Source: Antedon mediterranea
Taxonomy: Eukaryota; Animalia; Echinodermata
Length of the DNA: 64,000 bases
Direction of reading: 5' to 3'
Assembly (NCBI RefSeq): GCF_964355755.1
Contig: NC_092677.1
Location: 15,770,101-15,834,100, forward strand
Shown here one piece after another: positions 28,301 to 41,199 of this stretch; positions within the stretch are counted from its first letter, which is position 1, and each line of letters opens with the position of its first letter. Under the pieces are notes generated by a model, which was given only the letters and a program-made list of their open reading frames with translations, made no database searches and had not been told where the DNA came from. Made by a program: the position numbers and the translations under genes.

Positions 28301-30211
28301 AAAATGTTATTACCAGAACCACAAACATTGAAGTCCGTGTACAATAGCTATTACGTATTTAACCACCATATATAATTACTAATTCAGGTTACTACAATAA
28401 TATATTAACGCTAAACTAAGTTTTGTTTTTTATTAGATTGGCAAGGAACACTAGACGCCTCTTCAGGAGCGTGCGCACAGATCGACTCAGACAGTGGTTT
28501 TTGGTCAAATATGCCTTGTCAATCAATTACTGGGAATAGAGCCATTTGTAAGAAAGGTAAAGTTTGAAAATGTTCACTTTAAGATGAAAATATGCAGTTA
28601 TCTGATTTAATAAAAGATATTATTACAGGATCAATAATAGATTTCGAAACTAAAATAAAGCACAGATGAGTATTACTGTATTATTATTAATCATTACACA
28701 TTGGGACCTACGGATGAGCTATAACTACGAGTCATAGCAATTAGATGCTTCTACAAATCTTAAATAAAATTCCTTACAAAAGATGGAACACAAAACCTCT
28801 ATCGTTCAATGTGTTACAAGCAAAATGATAAATACAACATACAGAAATCTCTATAATCAGTCATACTGTACACATTTCACTAATTCAGAGACAAACTCTA
28901 TCATAAAATTGACACAAAAAAACAAAACAATAAGCAGAACAAAGACAGACTATTTAGAGGAACGGCGTAAATATACCAATGTCTACCATTTATATCTAAA
29001 GCACATGAATGTTCACAATAATGAATTTCTAATATACAGTAATGTAATAACAAAGCAAAACTTATCATTCAATTTACATTGCTGTTATTATTCTAGGTGT
29101 TCAGAAATTTGGCTGTCTTGACGAAACTTGGCATGGTTATAAAGACGAATGTTACAAATACTTAAACAATCGTACAACACGACAAGAAGCGGCGCAAAGC
29201 TGCCGAAATTTTCGAACTGCTGAATTAACTAGTATCCATTCTTTAAATGAAGATGAATTTGTTCAAACCATCATTCGGAGCTACAGCGAAGACACATGGA
29301 TCGGGTTAAAATATAGAAACAATGAAGTAACTGGTAATACCAAATATAAAAACAATAACATTTATATTAAAAAAACTACTACGAACTCAATACCTTCTAA
29401 TCCCGGAGCACCGAGTTTAATTTTGCCACTGGCAGACTATGGGTTCAATTCTGCTTCTGGTACAGCACAAGGCCATGGGTTAAATTCGGCCTCTGGCATA
29501 ACACCAGACCATGGGTTCAATTTGTCCTTTGATATAGGCCTTTGGTATAGCGCCAGAAGATGGGTTCAATTCGGCCTCTGGTATAGCACCAGAACATGAG
29601 TTCAATTCGGCCTCTAAAATAACACCAGACCATGGGTTCAATTAGTCCTCTGGTATAGCACCAGACCATGGGTTCAATTCTGCTTCTGGTATAGCACCAG
29701 AACATGGGTTCAATTAGGCATCTGGTATAGCACCAGAACATTGGTTCAATTCTGCTTCTGGTATAGCGCCAGAATATGTGTTCAATTTGGCCTCTGGTAT
29801 AGCACCAGACCATGGATTCAATTCGTCCTCTGGTATAGCACCACAACATTGGTTCAATTAGGCCTCTGCTATAGCGCCAGAAGATGGGTAGATCAATTAT
29901 CGGCTGGAGAAACACAATTTGCATATGTCAGAATCAATTCGGCCTCTGGTATAGCACCAGAAGATGGGTTTAATTCGGCCTCTGACATAGCACCAGACCA
30001 TTTGTTTTTTGCAGGCCTTCAATGGACTGATGAAACTGATGTTGAGTATTTGATTAACGGAATTAATCAAACTAATATAGATAGCAAATGTGCAGCATAC
30101 AGTCAAGATGATCACATTTTCTCTTGGAAATTCATGGATTGTTCAACAGAAAATGCATATGTGTGTAAGGATATAAGAGGTAACAAACACTTAACAAATT
30201 TAGCGTTTTGA
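16312..30211 (+). CDS. Secreted-type Tie-ectodomain-like / C-type lectin mosaic protein, paralog B (~1519 aa): SP-[Ig-like,Ig,EGFx4,FN3x2]x2-CTLDx2
   Basis: Exons 16312-16326, 16855-16891 (signal MDFIQILSVILILWSITGTFG), 17145-17564, 17866-18114, 20366-20500, 20777-20923, 21161-21292, 21681-21830, 22157-22468, 22857-23180, 23506-23877, 24075-24332, 24427-24558, 24968-25111, 25891-26031, 26210-26368, 26920-27228, 27371-27682, 27839-28096, 28437-28556, 29097-29333, 30015-30211. Total 4560 nt in frame, all GT-AG. The first two exons are least certain. Confidence 0.85.
18340..20260. repeat. 23-bp intronic minisatellite (~80 units)
   Basis: Unit GCATATCGTGCTGCTCCTTCCTT with recurring variants; GCATAT at 18675, 18698, 18721. 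Lies between Ig exon 18114 and EGF exon 20366. Confidence 0.95.
26560..26775. repeat. Interspersed repeat, second copy at ~48200-48470
   Basis: Shared AAAGCAAAAAATAGTCAAATTGGCTGC.AGCCAATGG...CCTATTCAAAGTCTG. TTAAAGAT / ATCTTTAA-type ends suggest a TTAA-targeting DNA element. Confidence 0.6.
29425..30002. repeat. 36-bp intronic minisatellite with internal hairpin
   Basis: Unit TCTGGTATAGCACCAGACCATGGGTTCAATTCGGCC, ~15 copies; TCTGGT...ACCAGA is self-complementary. Confidence 0.92.
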
Positions 30212-30564
30212 ATTATTTCTATCAAATGGGTAAAAGTAATAGCCAACTTTTTTTAAAAATATAAATATGTATATGTGGTGTTTTTCCTTCTACAGTTTAA
30301 CTATCTATCATTTTCAGCCATTAACCATTATTTCCACAGCATTAACAGATAGTTTGTACCCACAGAGCAACCTGTAATTACTAACTTTAAATTTTACATT
30401 AATTAATTAAACTAAGTGTAGGCTAAGTGTACAGAATATGGATAGGGTTTACAAGTATATATTCAAGAATTTGAATAGTTGGAAAGTATACAATACAAAA
30501 ACCAAAGAAGACGGAAGAAAAGCATAATGTGAATAGGTAGGTTTACTGATTAGATTACTACTAA

Positions 30565-33447
30565 TTAGATAAGTGGAAATAGATGAAAAATAGGCGTTGA
30601 GTCAAACAAATTGCAACAGTTTGTTTTTTTGCTGAAATATGCTCAACTATATGTAGATATTATCATATCCAAAATCTACCCTGATCTGCCCATTATAAAT
30701 TACCTAATTTGCATAAAATCAAAATGGCTGCCATTTTACAACTTTGATCCTAATTATCTCTTAAACCATAAAGAATTTGGTATAAGAATGTATTGAACAC
30801 AAATATAAACATGACCCTAAAGATTCAGAATAATATATTTGATTTGTCTTTGGGGTCAAGGTCAAAGGTCATTCCAGTTTGACATCTAAATTATGCTAAT
30901 TATCTCTTAATCCATTAGGTATTTTGATTAAGAATGTATAAGTACAAATATAAACATGACCCTTAAGATTCAGAATAGCACATTTGATTTTTCATCTTAC
31001 CCTGGGGTCACTGGGTCAAAGGTCACAATATAAAAAAATTCAAATTATCCTTTAAATCAATTTCCCTAGTAGTCTTACTACTACTAAAAACATAGCATAT
31101 ACAGTACAGACATTGCAGCAGATTGATGTCTGCACACTGCGTCAACACCCCTCCCACCCAGAGATTACTAGGTCAATTTTGAAAAAATTGTTTATTTATA
31201 AATATTATAACTACTAAATTTACAAAGTATCAGTAGGTCATTTACTTTATACCATACAGTATAGCTTATTTTGACATTTACTTTTACATTTAGGCATACC
31301 TACTTTAGTAGACCTACAAAGCTTACATTTCTGAAACATTGGTCACAAAAATGTCTAAATAATTCTTGGGTCGGACTCGATCGTCAATAGAGTTACTTTT
31401 TAAGATGTTTTTGCCATACTCTGGACAATTCTCGCTTCACTGAGAATTCAGTAAAATTACGTCAGAGTAGACCAATAAACTTAGCTTTCTGATAATTATT
31501 AATTTAAATTATCATCTTTTTTAAATCAAATTATCTACAATTAAATTAAGCAACAACAGTTGCAAAGAACTAGTTTTGTTAAAGTATACTTTAGTAAGTA
31601 TCAAAATGACTTACTGTCTTACTGTATTTATTACAATTCTGGATTGAAGCATCATTTTGCTAATAAAAGTATTAATAAATACTGTTACTTAATCCTAATA
31701 TATACTGATACTTTGTTTGTGTTTAGATAAATTTTAACATACACAAAGGGTATTTAAATATGAATACAAACTACACTTGTTTTTAATGGCTGGATTTTTT
31801 TTAATTTTCATCCATCTCAAACTTTAAAATTTAGGGTGTTACGAAAGATTCTATTTTTTTTTTAAATGTATCTCTATATTTTCTGTATTTGTGTCATTTG
31901 AGAGCAGAGGACTCGTTCTTATACTAAAGTAAACTATAGACACTTGTTCTAAAGATTTTTAGTTCACATAGTCTCTGTATTCTTAATACACAGAATATGT
32001 CATCTATCACTACTGCACCCACTTTGGTTAGTACAACTTAATTTTTCCCAATGTTAGGGTCAGGTTTTACTGTTTCAAGTGGTCGGTTACTGTTTGAACC
32101 ACATGACCTCCATTTTCACAGTTACAAATTTTGTAAGGGTAAAGGTGTTTCCACACTTTCCCATAATTTCAGTTTAAACACTTCACACAACCAGCCAGGA
32201 TTGACAGTTTTTGTTTGTTTTTAGCATAGTGTACTATAATCAAATATAATAAAAAACCAAATATAATAAATGTAATTCCTTACAATTAAAACAACTTTCC
32301 TAATAGTCTGATCCCTGAAGTTAACTCAAATGAGCTTTTCAAAATAGATATGATTTGTTCATAGGTACATCATCCAAATTGAAATGAATTCACTTCATAA
32401 TTAGAGTATTTTATATTGTAAATAATGACATTTTATCTTGACCAAATACAAATCAAATGCAAATCATAAGAACATATTAATGTATATTTCTATTAAATAC
32501 ATTCTTGTTCAAAATACCTGATGTTTTGAGAGATAATTAGCATATTTTATATGACATAATTAGATGACATTTGACTTTCACCCTATACAACTCAATTGCA
32601 TCTTTCTGAATATTTAGGGTCATATTTATATTAAATACATTCTTGTTAAAAATACCTGATGTTTGGCGAGATAATTAGCATATTTTATATGGCATAATTA
32701 GATGACATTTGACTTTGACCCCATATACAACTCAATTGCATCATTCTGAATATTTAGGGTCATATTTATATTAAATACATTCTTGTTAAAAATACCTGAT
32801 GTTTTGAGAGTTATTTTCAAATTTTATATAGTGTAATTAGATGACCTTTTGAACCTTGAACCCTAATACAACTCAATTACTGTACATTATTCTAAACCAT
32901 TAGGGTCATGTTTAGGCCTATATTTGTACTTGTAGTTAAACATTCTTATTCAAAATACCTAATGGATTAAGAGATAATTAGCATATTTTAGAGGCCATAC
33001 TGGAATGACCTTTGACCTTGACCCCAAAGACAAATCAAATACATTATTTTAAATCTTTAGGGTCACATTTATATTCATACTTATACATTCTTATTCAAAA
33101 TACCTAATGGATTAAGAGATAATTAGCATATTTTAGATGTCAAACTGGAATGACCTTTGACCTTGACCCCAAAGACAAATCAAATATATTATTCTGAATC
33201 TTTGGGGTCATGTTTATATTTGTGTTCAATACATTCTTACACCAAATTCTTTATGGTTTAAGAGATAATTGGGATCAAAGTTGTAAAATGGCAGCCATTT
33301 TGATTTTATGTAAATTAGGTAATTTATAATGGGCAGATCAGGGTAGATTTTGGATATGATAATATCTACATATAGTTGAGCATATTTCAGCAAAAAAACA
33401 AACTGTTGCAATTTGTTTGACTGAAAAGTCTATTTCCACTCATCTAA
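30565..33447. mobile_element. 2.9-kb foldback-type non-autonomous DNA element with long modular TIRs
   Basis: ~30600-30970 is the near-perfect reverse complement of ~33050-33422 (mirror ORFs 30611+ and 33226-). Arms are built from ~140-160-bp subrepeats. No transposase seen. Confidence 0.85.
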
Positions 33448-33854
33448 ATACACAACAAAGGCACTACCTGTCACTATTAAAACTGCTGCAGTTCAATTAG
33501 GATCTTTCGTTTCATTCATACACTTCAAATCCCTCTCAGTAGATATCATAATGATATATCATAGTGACTTTGAATTGTGATAGTGATATGGCCAAAGCAA
33601 AGATATAATCGTTGGATCCATTTTCGGTTAAAGAAACACATTTTCCGATGTCTTAATTACAAAACAACTCACAAATATACATTTCCATTTCTTTTAAACG
33701 GCTGTAAATATACAGGTATATAGACGATGGGTGCATTGCAGTACAGACATGATGATGAGACACAATCTACAATCTCCATGTGCTGTGAGGTGAGGTAAAA
33801 AAATAATTAAAAGATAAAATAAATTAAAAGTGATGCTTGCTTATAAAAAAAAAG

Positions 33855-34201
33855 GGTAAAGGTCAAGTTGCACACCGGGAGACGATCCCCTACTCTTTTT
33901 GAATAGTGTACCAAGTTCTTTAACTTCACTATATGTACACGGAACCAACAGCTTTACATTCCATCCAAAGGATGAGGCAATGAGAGTAAAGCATCTTGCC
34001 TACGGATGCAATCAGTATGGTAGAGATAGGCTTGAACCCATGCCTATCACATGCTGGTCCTATATTACCATTGCACCATCACTCTCCGGTCGCCCGACGT
34101 GATTTCCAGACGGTCTCCCATCCAGAACGCAATCGGGCCTAACATTGCTTAACTCAGTGATCTTACGAGAAACATTGTTTCAACACAATATGGCCATATT
34201 C
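33855..34201 (-). mobile_element. Chimeric SINE: 5S rRNA-derived head + tRNA-derived segment + Deu-like domain
   Basis: Minus strand: GGCCATATTGTGTTGAA..TCTCGTAAGATCACTGAGTTAAGCA..TGGATGGGAGACCGTCTGGAAAT (5S-like), then TGGTGCAATGG / GGTTCAAGCC (A/B boxes), then CCTTTGGATG..GTAAA..TTAAAGAAC..CACTATTCAAAAAGAGTAGGGG..CCCGGTGT. Confidence 0.7.
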
Positions 34202-34696
34202 GTATAAGCATGCATATTAACATTTCCATCTACAATATGATGCGAAAAAAAGCAGCAAGCAATTAGAATAGAGAGATACAAATAAATTTAGGTGAAAACA
34301 GATTTGAAACAACAAATATAAATTAGTAGTTACTGCAATAATAAGTCGAATGAATACAATGTTAAAACAAAGACATTTTGAGAGATTTAGTTTTACTGAT
34401 TAAACCAGACAATGTAATTGATTTTTTTTCAGTTACCCATACATCACTGCATTGTGGAAGACGGAAAATGTTCATTTCATTTTTGAAGGAAACCAAGACA
34501 AAAGCTTTTAAAAACTGTCAAGACAAATATGATTTAATTACAACGTTCAAAATAATATTATGTACAAAATATATTATTAATATATTTACAGTATTACATC
34601 CTGTCTAGAGTACAGTATAATAGTAGTAACGAGTAAGTGTAAACACACATTATACGTTACAAGACTGTACTATGCTTCACATTCAATTTCTTCTTA

Positions 34697-34851
34697 AGCT
34701 CTGTCTATACTATCAAACTTTATGGGACAAAAAAAATGTGATATGGACATGACGATGTCATATCTCTACCACCTTATATGGACACATCACCACCATATTT
34801 GGGCACATCACACTTGTTTTGAGAAACTCGTTTGATAGTGCAGACAGAGCT
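34697..34851. mobile_element. Tourist/PIF-Harbinger-like MITE family (5 copies in window)
   Basis: TIR AGCTCTGTCTA(C/T)ACTATCAAAC with TTA duplication here. Other copies at ~26068-26150, 36908-37046, 49169-49260 and 62925-63142. Confidence 0.8.
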
Positions 34852-35966
34852 TTAAACATGATACTATATGGTACCTTAAACATTGAAATATTTCAACCAC
34901 TATATTATTAGAAATACTAAAGAAATAGTATGTATGAAGTTCAAATATTTAGCTTAAAATGCGACATGTTTGACCATTTCTATTCTGCTCTATATTTTTA
35001 CCGAGCACTTTCACTTACATGATCAAGTAAAATATATGATCAAAAAAAGTTTTTTTTGCCGAACTAAGATTTCTGTAAACCTTTCCATGCTAATGTAAAC
35101 CATCTATCTCTTAATAAAAATATTGTAACACTATGGATTTTGCGAAGTTTTTTTTTTGGTATGGTATACACACAAGTAGTTTAGTGATCACTTGAAGCTT
35201 CATTTTACTCTTTACTTATGTGTCTTGATGATACCACCAAGGAGTATTAAAAGTATTCACGCAAACCTAAAACCTCTCGAAATTCACTTCGATTTTTGTG
35301 AATCTAAATACTGTGCTGACGTACGCTGTACTCTCGCTTATACATTTCATGATAAAATAATGTTAAAATGTTCTCGCTCAACATTCTGGAATTCATGCTA
35401 TACTATCTATACAGTATATGCGAACGTGCTTATGACGAAGTACTTTCGTTTAATCTTATGATAAAACTCTGTACAGTGTAATGTAGTGTTTAAAAAAACC
35501 TTACAAAACCTTTACACTTTGCTATTTTTACATGCGCAACAAAATTGCATATATAAACATGTAAAATATAGACAACATTGTTGTGCTGTACTGTTTTTTT
35601 TACCCAGTGTTCTGCTATGTGAAACAGAATACCAGACCATCCTGGCAGTACTATGTAGTTTATTGCAAGACAGGTCTAGGCATAGTAATAGAATAACACT
35701 ATTATATGGTTTCATCTAGGCCTATAACAAGTTACCACTACTGTACTGACGTCCACAATACGTTCAACGAGCGAGCTTTAAAATCGCTTGATTTCAAAAT
35801 GTTAGTTTGCTTTGCCAGCAGTTTCGTATCACGAGTAGTTTTTAATTAACATTACAGCCAAATGATAGTGTCATCATTGACTTACTTAATATTATTATCA
35901 ATACATTGCAAATGTTACTTTTATATGAACAAATCCGTTTGGAAAACTTACGATTTGTTTTTCATC

Positions 35967-38900
35967 CTAGACAATAGTGTTTGTCAGAGCCAAGTCTGTT
36001 AGGTAGGCCAGAACTTGAATAACTTGATTTTCAGAAAGAATCTAAGAAAAAAAATTGTAATATATTAGTAAAGGTTACTCAGTGAGAGAGTGGCCTAGCA
36101 GTTGTCAAGACAGCGTACCTTGTAATCCTTAGCCTTAATGGCATGGGTTCAAGACTCACTCTCACAAGATAGTAACTTGTAATGTATAATAATTTATTTA
36201 AATATTTATCACTTTGTATTATTTAAATGATTCTACTAAGGTACAAAACATCTCAAAATAGTAATATTTTGACAATAAAGTTGACTTTATCTTGGTAGAA
36301 CGAAGCTTCTCAGAAGAGGACTATAGCATAGGTCCAGTGTACACAAAATGCTTGTGTGTACTTTAAAGAATCTAGTACATCTTTTAAGACGAGTAAAGTG
36401 TTACCCTAGTGTACTAGCTCATATAGTCACTCTTGTGGACAGAAGAAAAAGCGCCGTAGTTGGCAGCACTGACTGTAGGGGAGAAGAATGTTGTTAATAA
36501 GGTCAACCATCCACAGTCCCGCTATTGTTGCGGATAGCACTATACTAATCTTCATCATTATTTGTTTGAGTGTTTTGATGTGTTGTGTCTGTATTCTGGT
36601 TTATTATGTAATGTTACCTTTAGTCTTCCCTCTTGACCTACATAAGCTACACCCGTTCCAATTCTTGTTATTGTCATGGCCTGAAAATAGTAATATAACA
36701 AAGAAAAATAGTATTAATATTAGTATTAATATTAATATTAGTATTAATTTATAAATATCTCTAACCCAATAGAACATTTTTTAATAATAATAATAATAAT
36801 AATAAATAACATTTATAAAGCGCAAGAGACAAAGGTTTCAAAGCGCTGTGTTTTCCAAGATCTGTGCAAGTAGTAGCGTGTGATTATGCTTCTCTGAATA
36901 TATATAAAGCTCTGTCTAGACTATCAATCTAGTTTGACAAATAAGTGTGATGTGCTAAAATATGTGATATGTAATCGTGTTATATGTTCATATATGGGCA
37001 CATCACACTGGTTTTGTCAAACTAGTTTGAAAGTGTACACAGAGCTCAAGAAAAGAGTAATTGTAACATCGCCCACATTTTCACATTTTATTTTTTTGTT
37101 TACAATACAATCAAAATCTCTACTACACGCAAAATACTTACATCTAAATGGACTTTAAAATGTCGATAAAAATGCCGTTCAAGACTTTTGATAAATGCAG
37201 CTACTTCCTCACCAGTGACCTCATTTGACCCTTCTTCATGAACACTATCCAAGAAATAACAAATAAAGATAGACCTAATACAACACAGTTCTAGATTGAT
37301 AAAATATTAGATTGAAGATGTAAGCATAATTGTTAAGTAAGTACTGAATATAGATTACTAACCTATCCCAAAGAGCTTTAGCGTCGTCTGCTTCAATAGT
37401 TAGAGTGATTCTTTGAAGACCTTTGACCTCGTCAGGAACTTTGTAAAACAATTCAGTCGGTTTTTTACTACCATCTGTTTAAAATAAAAACTTCTTTATT
37501 TAAAGATATTGAAAATAATACAAACATTGTAGAATACTATATAACAAAAGGGAATACAAAAAAGAAATTATGATTCTAAGATTAGCGTTGTCTAACCTTC
37601 TGTGAAACCAGTCCACACTGTAACCATCCATGCTAGCTCCATTGGACAAAATTGTAATGGATTGATAACACAGTCAAATCCAGTCTGAAATGATAAATAT
37701 AGAATCAGGGAGTCAAGTATGAATGTCCAAAATAAAAAGAAAAGTTTGGCATGTATCAAGCATATTCAAGAAGAACTGTTGAGTCTAGAGAGAGTGGAAT
37801 GTCTTAAAGCAGAACTGTATTGGTAACTTTTTTTATGTAGCTCATTGGCAGGTTTAATCTCAGTTTCCAATTATAAATCTATGTCATCACGTAAAATAAG
37901 TCAATAAAGACAGTTTTTGTTAACTTTCTCCCATTGACACCACACTCAGTTATCCCAATAAATTAGTGTACATACTCACCTGAAGGAAATCAACCACTGT
38001 TCTTGATATAGCCACAGGTCCCTTGACTAGGAGCAGAGGCAGATTTGTGAAGTTGTGATTAGCTATTTGCATCTGATCACCAACCTGTGCTTCAACACTG
38101 ATGAGCATAGCACTAAAAATAGTCTTTGATATACCTGCCTTCTTTGAGGTTACTGTGATATCGACAGCTTCAGAGTCATCTTAAAGTAGATAAAACAGAT
38201 CTGACTTTTAAACTTTAATATATTTTTTTTTTGATTTGGCTATGTTTTCCAACTTTACTAAGGACCCTATTGAAAGCTTTATGGGTTATTCTGGTATCTT
38301 GTTTGAGTACCGAATAAAACAAATAAAAGGCTCTCATATCAATGGAAAGAACAAAAAACTTTTTAGGAGTGTTCTGTTTATAAGATGTATGAATTACTCA
38401 TATGCACCAGCTCTACAATAATAATAATAATGTCTTATTGTCATTTTCTAATCTGAAGCATATGTTAAAGATAAGTACTGTAAGTCATGGACAAAATATT
38501 TGGGAGTCCAAAATTGCACTGCATTTTTTACTCTTTCAAACTAGATTACGCAATTATTTAAAGAGTTTTTTTGGGCAATCACACACTGTTTATTGCGGTA
38601 AACTGCTCACAGTAAACTGAATTGAAACTAATTAAATTATGTACATTACTACAGTATTGTATGTATCTGTAGTTAAATAAGATTCCTTTCAATCCAGCAT
38701 AGGTAGGTGGTTGGGTAAAAGGGTTGTACATCAATTGGATTTTATTGTTACTTACTTACATGTTTGCATAGCTATCCCCATTATTGGGGACATTTCGCCG
38801 TCATTGACATTATGTTGACATAGCACAACAATGAGAGACATTAATTTTGATGAGAAGGTCATGGAACACTGATTAATTTAAAAAAAAAATAAAAACCTGA

Positions 38901-40362
38901 TTATGATTTAATGATTAAAAAACATTTAGAAAGAGTAACAAAAGTACTATACTAACCAGCACCTATTGCCAAGCCTTTTAAAACACGAAATACAGCACGG
39001 TCTGCAAATGATTCATCACAACTAACTCCTGTGCCTTTGTTTGCCTCCTACAGTTATGAATACAATGTAATACATGTTAGACAATCATCACATTAGACAA
39101 AATAATTGGTTAATTTTTTAACCAATCAGATAATTAATTTAAAGTAAGTGTGCATGATCAGACAACTGAGTGCCCAATTACAACACAATGAAAAATTATT
39201 GCATTTATCAAATAATTATCTGATTGAAATGAGATAATTATCGGTTAATTTATCTTGAGCGTAAAAATGGGTTCCACTGGGATTTTACTGGTTAATTTTC
39301 ATTGGCTAATTTTTTGCCTCATTGTACCTACCGACTTTAGCTGAGCTGATAAATGCTGTGAATACTTCTTCATTTGGTCAGTTTCGTAACTGAATTGATA
39401 CATCGGTGTCACACAATATGTATGCCACGTTTTATTAATCAGTTGCTTCCAGTCACTTATTTGTGACTCGTTTGGTGGCGTTCTTGTTAAGCGTCCAGAC
39501 TTCTGTCCAACTGAAAAAAAAAGTTTAAGTTCGAAACTCTTGTTACGAGATTGTTCCTTTATTTTAAAGGAGAGTAACCAATAAATATTATATATTTATT
39601 TATAGTTCAACTGAAAAGCCTAATTTCTTCAAGGGAAAATTATTTATTGTTATGACACTAAATGCACATGGGTAATAATATTATTTTCATTTACTTTTTA
39701 TGAGGCAAAAAATGCACATTCATCGCATCCAATCAGAACTCGGGAATGTTTGTTTGATTTGCGCAAAAATATGTTGTAACTCTCCAGTCTCTAAGACTCA
39801 AATGCAGGAAAAAATTTCATTTTTGTTTAGCAATATTGTTAAAAAAACTGATGTTTGAGTCGAGAAACATAGTTTTCTATAGTATATTTTGCTACACAAT
39901 TTTAGAAATGTGTAGCAAGAAGGTTGTTTTGTATAGCTTTTTGCTATGCTACACTGGCGAAATTCTTCCCTGCAAATGAGATTACTACTTTCTCTACTAC
40001 TGTATGCTTTTGGTTTGATTCAATGTAGAACTTTATGGTAGTCATCAAACAGTGTATGATTTTGTTTTACCTAAAAAATGCATGATGATGAATAACAGTG
40101 CAAGAGTCAACAAAATATAGTTACTGCAGTAAATACAGTAGAATAATTTTTACATGGTCCCAACATACAGTTTCAGTTGCGGAATTATCAGTCTGAAATA
40201 AATACCTTTGATTCTCCTTGACTGTGGTGTCTTGGCAAATGGTGTGTGTCTTCTCATTGGCCATGGTGATTTGTAAGAATTGTCAGCAGTTGAATTTAAT
40301 GTTGATGTTACACTTTCACTAAATCGCACACCTTGTGTATCTGGTGTTTTTGTAGCAGACAT
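35967..40362 (-). CDS. CENPL: Centromere protein L (~355 aa)
   Basis: Exons 40362-40206, 39510-39332, 39047-38957, 38179-37980, 37684-37597, 37474-37363, 37244-37142, 36680-36618, 36041-35967 (1068 nt, in phase). Motifs KTWHTYCVTPMYQFSY, FTNLPLLL, FDCVINPL, LAWMVTVWT, DAKALWDSVH, HFYRHFKVHL and VLAYLTDLA parallel vertebrate CENP-L. Probable non-coding first exon with donor near 41078. Confidence 0.9.
36083..36165 (+). mobile_element. Degenerate tRNA-derived SINE head in last CENPL intron
   Basis: GAGAGTGGCCTAGCAG (A-box-like)...GGTTCAAGACTCACTCTC (B-box-like, closing stem). Confidence 0.45.
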
Positions 40363-41199
40363 CTGAAAAATAAACACATTACCTTATCCAATAAATTCCA
40401 ACATGATGTACAGTACTGTTTTGTTAAATAATTAAGATAGTGAGGTTGTCTTTGAAGCTTAAACCTATTTAATAAATTATAGGCTACGAGATCTGTCAAA
40501 AATACTCATCAGTAGTAGTATAGGGAGCAGTAAAAAATGACCTACTACTTGGACTACTGTTCAGATATTATAGGCCTAAACTAAATGCTCAGCAGTTCTT
40601 ATTATAATTACACCCTTGTTGCCCTACAGAATTGTATTATAATTAAATCACGTCAATCACTACATACTACACTACAGTACAACCAGTTTTAACTACATTC
40701 ACCGCACAGTAGATAGTAAACTCTGTGCGATGCGGTGATCGACTTTCCTACTAACTAATAATAATATTTAATAATAATAAATTAATAATATTGATCATTT
40801 ATTTTATTGGGTACATAATCATAACATAACCACTAGCCTAGGCCTATAGTTTTCTAAATCTCCTAGGCCTCTTCTACCCAGTAGGCCTAGGTACCCTACT
40901 CTAGTATAGTAGAGGGTTAGGCATATGGGCCTACTAGTATAGCTAGCCTAGCTAGTATAATAATATTTAATAAGAGGGGCCAGCAGCTGATTGCGAAAAA
41001 CCAGTTTTTAAATACAATAATAGCCTAGCTAGGCCTATGCTTAAAAAACACATCATAATCTTTGTCATCTGTGATTACCTTTATATATTAAATCACATAT
41101 TTTTTACATAATAACACAGTTACAGGCTAAAAAAAAACTATAAAGCTTAAAAGTTAAATGTTTTGACATCCGTCGATCACGTCCTCCATAATTTTAAGT

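Noticed and set aside
29425-30002. CRISPR-like array (36-bp palindromic repeat)
   Set aside because: Units are contiguous with no unique spacers, no cas genes, and the context is a eukaryotic intron.
4158-30211. Calling these genes TIE1/TEK
   Set aside because: No TM or tyrosine-kinase exons, and the domain order differs (duplicated module, CTLDs).
30611-33411. Duplicated 61-aa genes on opposite strands
   Set aside because: Chance ORFs in the two arms of an inverted repeat; non-ATG start and no splice or domain support.
34095-34201. Functional 5S rRNA gene
   Set aside because: Many substitutions, no oligo-T terminator, single copy fused to SINE sequence.
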